64,000 nt of DNA from Owenia fusiformis (Eukaryota): assembly GCA_903813345.2 (NCBI GenBank), contig CAIIXF020000001.1, forward strand, positions 11,160,001 through 11,224,000, read 5' to 3'. Below the pieces are notes generated by a model, which worked only from the letters and a program-made list of their open reading frames with translations, had not been told where the DNA came from and searched no databases. Below, one piece after another: positions 11,512 to 22,721 of this stretch (position 1 is the stretch's first letter; every line of letters begins with the position of its first letter). Made by a program: the position numbers and the translations under genes.

Positions 11512-13808
11512 ATGCTGTTGCTGTTGGCGTCTGTTCTCTGTCTTGTAGGTTTTAGCGGGGCATGTAGCTGTTACCCTCGGCACCCGCAGTGGCAGTACTG
11601 TGCAGCGGGCTATGGTAAGGTCGGATGAGTATGTCAGTTTGTCCATCATTCGGCACATGTAGTTATTTCATACACATTTTAGGATGTACAAGAAAGAAAA
11701 TATGTTTAATGTTTCCAAATAGAGGTCTCTAAGGAATTAGTTAGTGAAGGAGTGGTTTCAAAGTCTCATCAATCATAGGGATAGAGGTCCATGCGTCGAT
11801 AAAGCAAATCCCATGAAAAAAACTCAACGTGTCATATCAAAATTATAATTTATTTAAATACAAATAATTGTAAATTGGTCGATGTTTCGCATCTATGTGG
11901 TTTTCAAGCAGAGACCTTGTAAAATAAGAATAGGTTCTTGAAATAATGAATGTCTTTAATGGCTTCAGAGTAGTAAACGTCATGGAGAAGATTATACTTT
12001 ATTTTCTATCATAGGTGCACAATTGTTTTCATATGAACCAATATGTTATAAAATTTGTCATATTTTTTAACAGTTGTTGTTGGTACGACTACAGACTTCT
12101 ATTTTCCGGGATACAATCCAGATAATCCAAATGAAGGAGAAAAAGTTTTCACGTTGGAGATTGAAAACCAATATAAAGTAATTTGACTTTAATTATTCTA
12201 TTAAGGCGCTTCGTAAAACTCTATATCAACATTCAACACATCAATTTACTTAAATACATTATAAAACAAGAAAACATTGTAAGTTACAAAAGGAGAATGC
12301 ATTCAGACAAGGAGATGCATTAGATAGTGTACATAATAAATAATTTGGGTAAAAGAAAATGCACATCATTCCTACACTTTCCAAAGCTCAATTATTTGGA
12401 CACGAAGAACCTAAGTTTAAATCGCAGCATTTGCACGCAAAAACACCCCATTCTACGAAGCTTTATAAGGGACATAAATTTTTTTTCGGAATTAAGAATT
12501 TTCGTTTTTTGAATTAATTTCCACCGCGGTGAAAATAATTTCCACCGCGGCGGTGGAAATTATTTTTTACGTGTAGTAATTAGTTTCTACCGAGGTGGAA
12601 ATAATTTTCACCGAGGTGAAAATTCATCTAAAATTTTAAATTAAAAAAATTGAAAAAAAATTATTCAAGGAAATTTTTTAATTAAAACTAAAATTCTTAA
12701 TTCCGGAAAAAATGTATGTCCCTTATAGGGCTTCGTACCATTCTGAGATAATAACTCGTGTTTTATATAGGGACCCCAGTTTCCAAACAAGCAGAATTTT
12801 ACCACAGCCCCACACGAAGCATTGTGCGGCACACACCTGATTAACAACACTAAGTATCTTCTCACCGGTATATGCTAGATGCATTTTTCACTATTTCTAA
12901 ATATTACCTAACTATTTTGAATCATCATATTTACTTGTTGGTATATCACGTGTGAACCTCGCTCATTAGCAAGATGTTATTTTGCTCAGATCAGAGATAA
13001 AAAAATATATACATTTATGAATGTCTAAATGTAACTGATTTTCATCAAATGAAAATATTTGATCAAACCATTGCTTGGGTTGGAGAGGGATTCGATGACA
13101 GCCGAGTGATAAATTAGTCTAACTACAAGCCCTTGTGACCCCCACTACTCATCTCAACAGCTTCCATGTGAGAAATTAGGTGGGGGGGGGGGCGGGTCAC
13201 AAGAGATTGCAGCTAGATTAGTTATAAATATCCAAATGCATTTCTGAAATACATATTGCAATTTTCTTAGGGCGTGTTAATGTGGATGGTAGCGCGACCG
13301 TGTACCTGTGTGACTGGCATTCGCCATGGAGCAATCTCACTCCAGAGCAGCAAAGGGGTATAGAAGAGGGCATCTATCAAAACAATTGCGGTTGTGACGT
13401 AAGTAACCCGTTTTCATCTTTAATAACAGTCTAATCAATTTTGGAATATTATTGATCAGTGTGAGAAGATATTTGGTCATAGAAATACCATACCGTTAAT
13501 GACTGGCAATCTATTTTTAAGGCTATGGTGTTTTCCCAAATTGATTTCCCTGTCCACTAGCATGCTCTCAAGGCCATCTGATATATATAGGTTTTCTAAT
13601 AATATTTTCAATAATTTTTATTAAGGTATGTACTGTTGGGGGAGGTTCACCATGTGGGGAACGATCTTGCCCATATGACTATACAATAGGCAGGTGTTTC
13701 TACTTGCATTCCTATTGTAAGGAACAGTGCCTTCCAAATGACGCGGAATCCTGTCAATGTAACTGGGATTCAAACGAAGCTTTTGATAGATGTATCTCGA
13801 CACCATAA
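11512..13808 (+). CDS. TIMP: TIMP-B, complete 5-exon secreted metalloproteinase inhibitor, 204 aa (exons 11512-11614, 12074-12177, 12771-12867, 13271-13398, 13626-13808)
   Basis: Signal peptide MLLLLASVLCLVGFSGA precedes CSCYPRHPQWQYC (the TIMP CxC..HPQ..C signature), TAPHEALCG, YLLTG, LCDWHSPW and CGC. All introns are GT-AG; 615 nt open to TAA; AATAAA at 13860. Confidence 0.93.
12454..12737. mobile_element. IS3EU-like MITE in TIMP-B intron 2
   Basis: TAC..GTA termini, ~50-bp TIR and a 6-bp TSD CCATTC. The TIMP-A intron has a single CCATTC at ~3162. Internal TTCCACCGCGGTGGAA-type repeats. Confidence 0.75.
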
Positions 13809-14290
13809 AAACAATGAGAGAATGCTTATGCTTGTTTTTTAAGTCGCATGTAATGTGAAAATAAATATTGAGTATATATAGTCCTCGAGACTTTTAACAT
13901 AACATATGTAATACGTAATTATATAGAAAGGTTACGTAATAACGTAAATATAACGTTACACCTTTAACAATTGGATTAGACTCCAAGCAATCACGTAGTA
14001 CTAATCTAGTAGTACTTATTAATTATATCTACAATCCATTAATTCGAATTGACATGTATTTATATGTTCTCTGGAAGCTTAGAAATTTAGAAATTATTCA
14101 TCCGCGGTATGATTGTTAAATTGACGTACCAGAGCTTCAGTTCATACAATCGTAATTACATATGTTATAACATTTTATGATTTATAATGTTATGTTCTTC
14201 AAAATCACCCTGCAAGAGATTGAATCATTTTTTATGTCTAATTCTTCTTATACTTTTATGTAAACACAAGCATGGTAAATAACAGTTGTA

Positions 14291-16219
14291 CAGGGCGTTC
14301 AGTAAGTAAAGCTACTTTTGCTCTCAAACTTTTATTTCTTGTCTATCATCGTTCAAATTTTCAGTGGAGAAGCATCAGACACTTTTCTAACTATCCTGAA
14401 AAAATGATCAAGATATAATGAATAACAGCAAAATGGTTGTTGTCATAGTAACGCGAATACGGGTTCTGCGGAGCAATTTTATAAGTTCACAGCATAGTAG
14501 ATTTTGTTAACGTTAGTTTCTGCCCTGTCTATATTTCAACCATAGTTCTGTGGCTACTCCACATTTCTACTTTCAAGTTAGCATTCTATTTTATGTTCAA
14601 AGTAGTTCCCCTTAGCTTTCACACACAGCTGATGTCGTTCTATCCACTTCTGATATATCCTGTGGAAGCCATCTGGAAAGTTCTTTGTCAGCGAACGTTG
14701 AACGGCATTCTGAAGCTCATGGATATTTGCGTGGATCTTACCACGCAGATCATTTTTCAAACATGAAAATACCCCAAAATCGCACGGTGCCTTGTCAGGA
14801 GAATACGCTGACTGGCCTTGAACCTCCATCTCCAGCTTTTTCTGGATAGTATCCTGCACCATTTGCGACCTATGCGATGGCGCATTATCTTGATGGAATA
14901 TGTAGGAGTTGAGAGTCCTTCTTGCGAATCGCGTTCACAAGATGGCGCCGCAGCACCTGAAAATGAAATGTGAATTTGATCATTTGATGTTTAAGTTAAA
15001 ATGTTTTCTTTGTATTATTTTAGAGGTAGACCTAGTACTCAAACCAAGCTAATTATTAGAAAGATATATTTCATAAAATGTAATTACCATGGCATAATAT
15101 TCCTTGTTAACAGTCTGCCCTTCTGGCACGGCATGAGCCAACAATGGACCTTCGATGTCTATTTAAAATGATAAACATGACTTTCCCCGCTGATGCTCCA
15201 AGAGCTAGCTTTGCAACGATCCCCACGGGTGTTGGAGAGTTCTTTGTTTGCCACGCACTGTTCTGTCTTGTACTATTTGGCTCAAAGTATCGAACAAAAG
15301 TTTCATCACAAGTGAGAAGATTGTTTAGAAAGTCCTCTCCCTCATCTTTGTAACGGCGCAAGAATGCAACTGAATCTTCCAGGCGATTTCTACGCTGCTC
15401 GTCGGTCAGATTCTTTGGTACCCATTTCGCAGACACCAAGGACATATTTAGAGAATTGTGAATCAGATAATGTACCCATCCTAGGCTGATATTGGTTAGA
15501 TCTAGTTCTGAGAGTTCCCTAACAGTTATACTGCGGTCTTCATCTAACAATTGCCTCAAATGATTCATGTTAGCCTCTTTGGTTAGAAGTTTTGGCCTCC
15601 CTGACCTTGGCTCATCACTTGTTGTTTTTCTCCCCTTTTGGAATTTCTGATACCATTTGTAGATTGTGTACTTAGGCACACTGTCCCCATATGCTTTTTG
15701 GATATCCCTAATGGTATCCTGCTTGGATTTCCCTAGCAACACGTTGTATCTGATGCTACTTCTCAATTGTTGTTTCATTTCATTGTTCATTTTGCTTCCA
15801 TTGGCAATCCTGGCAGCCATGATTTTGATGATGTCATGGAGCAGTGTCTGATGGATCATTCTGGATCATTCCATCTGTTGTATCATCTGTCTGTGATGTC
15901 ACAGACTACTGTTGCCATGGTATCATATTTGTGTATGTTGTTGTTATGTTTGTCGTGACTTTCAGCCATAGCAAACAAAGACATATGCAGCATTAATCTT
16001 AATCAATTTCATTGTATTATAACAGTTTTATTAAAGTAAGAAATTGCTCCGCAGAACCCGTATTCACGTTACTATGACAACCATTGTTTTGCTATTATTC
16101 ATCATATCTTATTTAATTTTTCAGGGTAGTAAGAAAAATGTCAAATGCTTCTTCACTGAAAATTTGAAAGATAAATGACAAAAAATAAAAGTTTGAGAGC
16201 AAAATTAGCTTTACTTACT
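14291..16219 (-). mobile_element. Mariner element with ~190-bp TIRs; terminal ~10 bp of the right TIR lost
   Basis: TA-CAGGGCGTTCAGTAAGTAAAGCTA..GCGGAGCAATTT (14291-14479) is inverted at 16041-16219 and encloses the transposase. Confidence 0.85.
14578..15859 (-). pseudogene. Mariner transposase with an apparent intron (15087-14957) and two frameshifts
   Basis: DEPRSGRP, WVPKNL, LTCDETFV, SAGKVM, GQTVNKEYY, HQDNAPSH and YSPDKAPCDF motifs; frameshifts near 15165 and 14910. Confidence 0.9.
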
Positions 16220-16243
16220 TTACTTTACTTACTTATTTATTTT

Positions 16244-17739
16244 TTAACATGTACACCAACAATAATATATCATTTTAAAGATAATTTAATTTGCAACAAA
16301 ATGATATATAATAGAACCATTTTCAACAACCCCATATAGAAATATAACCAATTATGTGACATGGGGGTCAAAAAACACCTTTTCAATTTCCATCAATTTT
16401 GCGAACAATAGCCTATTTCTACCAAATTTTACTGTTCAGTTCAACATTGCAACATTGTCATGAGTCTTTCATAATCGGATATTATATATTGTTTTCATTC
16501 AGTTTTTGAACCATATATGCTCAATAAACATGTGGATGCTTATAAAACAAGTTCATTTCTTCCTCAGTCTGTCCAAATATGGCTCAATAGACCCACCCAC
16601 TGGGCCCATCCTCTGATGGGATTATTCGCTTAATATGCGGAAGCCATTGGTTGATGGCATAATTGATGGATGTATGCGGAAGTACTATTCAACTGCTAGT
16701 TATTCTTTCTTTTAGTACCTCTACATCCATGATAAGCTGGGTATCTTTAAATACCAACTGTTCTAGATGCCCCCAGGTATGGTAATCAACATTATTGGCA
16801 TCTGGACTGCCAGAAAGCATTTGTCCGGGCTAGAGATGGTGTCATTTCGAATCTCCAAAAACTCCAGGGTAGCACTGGACCTGTGTGATGAAGCACCTTC
16901 CTATCAGATAATGAAATTCCTTTCACATGTTTTTTATATCCTTGAGGAGTCCTTTTTAACACCCCATGTCATTAATATTCAGAGTATATTTTTGCTCCTG
17001 GTTCAACAAAACAGGGCCTGTACGGTCTTTCCTTTTTGGGAAACACGAAGTGGACACCACTACCCTTTCAGAAAAATGTCACCTCGATTTGAGTAGCCTT
17101 TTATCGCATATGTCCCTATTTTTGCTTACTGATATATAGAGTCTATCCTGTTGATTACATGTATAGCACTTGGGGCATTTAGAACAGTTGGTCTATGAAG
17201 ATCACTAGCCTATCAGGGATGTAGACAAACTGAAAGAATGAATAATTACGAGTTTGATGGTACTTCCACAGAGATCCATCAATTATACGAATGGCTTTCG
17301 GTTCTTTAGGGAATAATCCAATCAGAGGATTGGTCCGAGTGGTGGGTCTATTGAGCCATATTTGGACAGATTTAAGAAGAAATTAATTTGTTTTATAAGC
17401 ATACACATGTTTATTGAGCATGCATGGTTCAAAAACTAAATGAAAACATCCAATTATTGGAGACTCATGACAATGTTGCAATTTTTAACTGAATAGTAAA
17501 ATTTGGTAGAAATAGGCTAATGTTCGCTAAATTGATGAAAATTGAAAAGGTGTTTTTTGACCCCCATGTCACATAAATGGTTATATCTCGAACCAGGGTT
17601 GTTGAAAATTGTTCTATTATATATCATTTTGTTGCAAATTAAATTATCATTAAAATGATATATCATTGTTGGTGTACATGTTAAGGAATGAATCTTTATC
17701 AGGGATATCGGATAGGGGGGTGGTTTTTGGCCCACCCTG
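16244..17739. mobile_element. Tc1/mariner-type foldback element with >400-bp arms, left terminus missing
   Basis: 16244-16700 is inverted at ~17270-17685; the right end is GGCCCACCCTG-TA. Confidence 0.7.
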
Positions 17740-18169
17740 TATGTTCGCAAGCAAGCAAGTGTAGAGCATGTTTTTGAAACTGCATTAAAAGTCGTGAACG
17801 ATAACTTAACTGGTGAAAATGAGAAATCAATACATTGCGAACTCGTTACTTATCTGTTATAAATAAGAAGTTATTTTGAATTGCTCAATCATACAACAGT
17901 CTCGAAATAAAAATATTGAACTAGAAAGTATAACCACTTCAGGTCCGTGGTATAACATTCATGAACATACTGAAATTTAATGTACAGTACATGTATACGT
18001 ATACGTACGTACAATATTTGGTGCAGTGTAAAATGATTAATGTGTCTCGCGAGGATAAATTGTCCAATCATATATTTTAAATTCATTCAATCCAAGATAC
18101 AAATAGTTATACGACCTTATCATAATTCATTTCGATAACGCTATGGAAAATTAAAATAATCTACTCGGT

Positions 18170-18275
18170 AATATATGCAGATGCATGCGTATCATTTCCC
18201 ATGATAGATGCAACAACTGCTGATGCCACAGCTTTGTACGCTACACGCCTCTGTTTAATAGGAGTATAAAAAGTG
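18170..18275 (+). promoter_or_regulatory. Conserved GPCR proximal promoter block ending in a TATA box (TATAAA at 18265)
   Basis: The same block, with a TATA box 140-160 nt before the ATG, precedes GPCR2 (TATATAAA at 42151) and GPCR3 (TATAAA at 54615). Confidence 0.5.
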
Positions 18276-18404
18276 ACGACTTTGTCACCGACAGACAGAG
18301 TTCTCAAAAGACGAAACATACTACTGAAGGCGAATTAACACAGCAATCGGTTTCATAAATATCTCAATAAACTTTGACATTGTCTGGCCGGTTATTACAG
18401 AAAG

Positions 18405-20222
18405 ATGAAAACAAGACTCGATGCAAGAGTGTTCACGATGTTTTATTTTCTCGTAGTAGGGACCACAGTCAAAGATGTGTCATCTATGAATGAATCAGGG
18501 TTTAACAAGAAGGACCCTCCAAATGGAGAAGTTGATATGTATTTGAATATCTCAAAAATTGAACTGAACAGTACATTGGAAGGCATAACCAACAACAGTG
18601 ACGCGACAATTGAAACTAGCAACAGTGACATGCAAGCTAATGGTAGCCGCAGTGACACAACAACTGTAGAAACAATCCGTAAACCAGATGGAGCGCAAAA
18701 TATTACAACGATAACTGATATGATGAATGGAAATGAAGACATGACAAAAGAAGTAGATGACACCGTCACTGTTAATGTAAGCACGTCTGTCAAACCAATC
18801 AAAATGTTTATATTGGAATACGGATATTTTATGAATTTGTTAACAAAACTTGCGAAATTAGGCATCATTAAGTTCTATACTTTTAAAATTGATAATGATA
18901 CTATAGATACAGTAACTAATGAAACAAAAATCATCATAAAATGGTCTGAGTATGCTGAACTGGTAAGAACATTGGTTTTTAACACTCAGAATGCTAAGTG
19001 TACACCGCCAGTTGGTGATCCAGTTACGGGCCTCAAACTACCGTTCGCAGATCACGCCCGTGTAATGCAGATTTACGTCGCGGCTTTTATCTGTGCCATC
19101 GGTGCGGTTAGTAACATTCTCGCATACATCGTACTCTCTCGACAGAAACAGAATACCAGCGTGTTCACAATGCGTTGCCTCGCTGTAAATGATTGCATCT
19201 ATCTCATTTGGAATGGAATAAGTGAAGTGTTATACTGGATATATGGACACACATATTGGATGGATAAGTCCGTAGGAGCGATGTCGCATAACATCAGCTT
19301 TGCATATCCGTATGTATCTACAATAGGGTATATGCTACAGATGACAAGCGTCTGGCTAGTAGTTCTGGTGACCGTTGACCGTTTTGTAGCTGTTTGCTTT
19401 CCTCTGAGGGCAGTGTCATTATGTACAATATTTCGAGCAAGGGTTCTCTGTCTTTCTGTTTTCATCATGTCTATCGTTTACCATATTCCCATGTTCTTTG
19501 AGTGGAAGATGGCCTGGGCGAGGAATATGTGCAGCAGGAAATTCGAATACGTATTAAGCTTCACGGACACTGGAGAGAACTTCTATTATCAGTTGATTTA
19601 CGGATTCATTTTGAATCTCATGTTTAAGAATGTCGTACCGATATTGATCGTCTTCATACTGAATATAATGTTGATTCGGGATCTCTACCGAGCGAAGAGA
19701 GCGCGAGTGGAGATTCAGATTGGGGCTAACACACATTCGAGACAAGAGAGGGACATTACGATGACTCTTCTTTCAGTCTCTACGATTCTTATTATTTGTC
19801 TGATTCCAAGACTAGCACTGAAAGGCATGCGATTGGTGCTCTGGATTCCAAAGACAAACGAAGAGAAAATTGCCCAATTTTGGTCCTTGGAGGCATACGA
19901 TAACTACTATTGGAGTTCGAACTACCTCTTCATAGCTTCTGTGTTTTCAATGAGGGCAAATTCTGCCGTCAACTTTTTCATCTATTGTATCGTTCGTAAG
20001 GGTTTTTTGAAAGAATTGCGAGTTATTTTTACCTGTAATAAAAAGAAGACGAGTAAAGCTCAAAGCGACAAAAGTTCACGACTCGGCGCACAGGGGCAAG
20101 GAACCAAGGAGTCTAGAGGGGAAATGAGAAAGGGTGAACAATATATCCAACCGGGTGGACTGGTAAATGTTAGCGTCTTATCTACAGATGAATCCAGCAA
20201 TTACAACGTTAGACCAAAGTGA
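18405..20222 (+). CDS. GPCR1: intronless class A GPCR, FMRFamide-receptor-like, 605 aa
   Basis: Signal peptide, N/S/T-rich ectodomain and 7 hydrophobic segments with SN (TM1), LAVND (TM2), SVWLVVLVTVDRFVAVCFP (TM3), HIPMFFE, ICLIP and NSAVNFFIYC. Confidence 0.93.
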   Translation: MKTRLDARVFTMFYFLVVGTTVKDVSSMNESGFNKKDPPNGEVDMYLNISKIELNSTLEGITNNSDATIETSNSDMQANGSRSDTTTVETIRKPDGAQNITTITDMMNGNEDMTKEVDDTVTVNVSTSVKPIKMFILEYGYFMNLLTKLAKLGIIKFYTFKIDNDTIDTVTNETKIIIKWSEYAELVRTLVFNTQNAKCTPPVGDPVTGLKLPFADHARVMQIYVAAFICAIGAVSNILAYIVLSRQKQNTSVFTMRCLAVNDCIYLIWNGISEVLYWIYGHTYWMDKSVGAMSHNISFAYPYVSTIGYMLQMTSVWLVVLVTVDRFVAVCFPLRAVSLCTIFRARVLCLSVFIMSIVYHIPMFFEWKMAWARNMCSRKFEYVLSFTDTGENFYYQLIYGFILNLMFKNVVPILIVFILNIMLIRDLYRAKRARVEIQIGANTHSRQERDITMTLLSVSTILIICLIPRLALKGMRLVLWIPKTNEEKIAQFWSLEAYDNYYWSSNYLFIASVFSMRANSAVNFFIYCIVRKGFLKELRVIFTCNKKKTSKAQSDKSSRLGAQGQGTKESRGEMRKGEQYIQPGGLVNVSVLSTDESSNYNVRPK

Positions 20223-20839
20223 GGTTTTTCAAAGAGGAGCACCACAATATGGTAAAAGTGTCAGACTTCAATAACTGGTCATTGTTACAGACAGTTAAGT
20301 ACTGAGTTTCATTTGGGGGAACTTGAACCTTTTGATGGTCCAAGACAAGACTAGTTACAAGATTTCCACCCCTTCGGTGCTGAATCACTGTAGTAATTTA
20401 TTTAGTATTGTTGAAGCATTTTACAACCTTTTTGTGTGAATGTATTGATATAATTATAAAGTTTGAACACATTCCTGCCATACATACAATACATGTTGGT
20501 AGTCATTTTTGTTGTTATTTTGTATATACTTTGTATTAACAGGGCCAATAATGCTGAATTCAGCCTCGGCCCTGTCATTTGTGAGCTAATATTGTAAAGT
20601 AAAATAAAGAAACCATGAAAACTAAAAAAAACTAAATGGACGTTCATTTACTGTGATCATGGACTGATGCATTGACGTTATGAAAAGAATATTCATCCCG
20701 ATGTAAAAGGGTAGGAGGTCCTTTCAAATTATGGTCCTTCTCTCCATTGATTTATATGCCACTTCACTTGAATACCTCCACCATTACTTCCCTGAAGACA
20801 GACTCATCTCCTATTGTATGATCACACGCTACCGATTAC

Positions 20840-21202
20840 ACCTACACACCCGACCCGCACATTCTCAAGATATATTCTCTAAACAGATTTAATTTTTTTG
20901 TGGGGATACTTCAAATGCAGGATCTATGAAAACAATCCTCAAACTATAGATGAACTAAAGAATATTCAAACAGGAGAATGATATGTTGGACAGGGATTTT
21001 ACAATATGTCCAATGAGCTTTGATTGAGCACATTTTAAACTATTTTATATGTGTTCACATTATGGTAGTATATGATAATAAAACTGACACCACATCAAAC
21101 TTACATGTCTGTACGATAGGTCTACCAAAAAAACGTGAAATCTTGCTTTTGTTAGAAAATGCTAGGCAATTAAAAATGTGAATGATTTTTTGGACCACCC
21201 TG
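20840..21202 (+). mobile_element. Degenerate Tc1/mariner-superfamily 3' remnant
   Basis: FLWGYFKCRIYENNPQTIDELK at ~20895-20965; terminus GGACCACCCTG-TA. Confidence 0.65.
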
Positions 21203-21777
21203 TATATTATGATGTAAATAAAAGTTGTGAGAGAACAAATAACAGCAAAAATAGATGCAATTTACAAACTTTCTTTACTTAAAAAGCTAACAACACGCCC
21301 AATTCTCACCACGTTGTACAACTGAAAAGTGGTAGTTTTGCGAAAGATTTCGAAAATGCGGCAGTTCCACGGTAGATTCTGAAAAAATGCGGTAGTTTTT
21401 TGTTGTAAATTAAAAAAAACTGATTTTGCGTAGATTCCGAAAAACACTCACTTCAATGAATAAAAAATTATTTTTCTAACACAGCATCCATTGAACACTC
21501 TCATAAACAGACCAACAATTTGAACACTTCAGTGTTTTCATAACTACAGTAGAACCTGCTAAGTGGAACACGTCTGTAAGTGGAACACCTCACAAGTGGG
21601 ACACTGTTTTTAAAGTCACATCACAGTCACCAACTCATTTAAATATGAATGGAATAGTGGCAGATACTATTCATACTGGTACTTAAATGAGTTGCTCATA
21701 AGATAATAGGTTAATTCGGTAGCCGACGGGCGATAGTTGCATTCGCGAATTCTCTTCCATCTCAATAACATAATGTA

Positions 21778-21980
21778 CGCTCCCCTCCATAAGTTTGGCA
21801 ACTGGAGATTTCATTGGGAAGCAAATCAAAAAAGTCTGAGTCGTCGTTTTGTTCTTTAATTATAATAATTCGGAACTAATAACCATTCTAAAAGCCATCA
21901 CATATGATTTTTAGATAGTCAAACATAAACAACCGGTCTTTGATGGGACTTCTAATTTCCAAACTTTGGGAGGAGAGTGT
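21778..21980. mobile_element. Short old MITE of the 4757 family, at the homologous position after each GPCR
   Basis: CGCTCCCCTCCATAAGTTTGG..CCAAACTTTGGGAGGAGAGTG; homologous flanks at 44400-45290 and at 57930-58050 / 60760-61040. Confidence 0.6.
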
Positions 21981-22339
21981 GCGTCCGATGCCCAGTCGGT
22001 GCTTTGAGGCAAATTCTCCTCCTGACCTGGATCAACGAAGGAAGCTTGTCTCATTAGTATCAATCACCATGTCGATCAATCCATTTAGCCTCAGAATTTA
22101 ATATGAAAACCCTTTTCTAATCATCATAAATAAGCAAAAACTAATGTCTTCGGTTACTAATAAAATATGACGTCAAAAAGCATTTCATCATTAATCCATT
22201 ACATTGATTAGATATACAATATATTTAGAGCATGGCATATTTAGATTTTAGGTCATGACATAATATTTAACCCTAATGTGAACAACATATTTTTCATCAC
22301 ACTAATGGACAGGGGGAAATTTGCTTATTAGTTACATAC

Positions 22340-22408
22340 TTCAAATAATTCTGTAATATTTTTTCAAATAATTCTGTAATATTTTTTCAAATAATTCTGT
22401 AATATTTC
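22340..22408. repeat. 3 x 23-bp tandem repeat
   Basis: TTCAAATAATTCTGTAATATTTT repeated three times. Confidence 0.8.
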
Positions 22409-22721
22409 GATGCAAATATGTTCTCAAGTTTGTAAATAACATGCATATTTAGATGGAAAAATGACTAAAAATAGCCTCGAAATTGAAAAATGGGGTAGGG
22501 GACACAAATAAAATTACTACTACAAAACTAATAATGAGATTTGGAATTTTTCGTAAGAAAATAAGACCAAGATTCACGATTCAAATGTCGAAGTGAACAA
22601 AATGGCGGCTGTTTGAATTCGAATTTTGAATCACGACTTGCCCATATATGGAACAGAATATCGATGTTGCATGATCTAAGAAATAAACTAACTAAAAAAG
22701 AAGTGAAGCGATTTTGTTGAA

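Noticed and set aside
18443-19745. Antisense and alternate-frame ORFs over GPCR1 (and equivalents in GPCR2 and GPCR3)
   Set aside because: Shadows of the GPCR frame; they recur only because the genes are duplicated.
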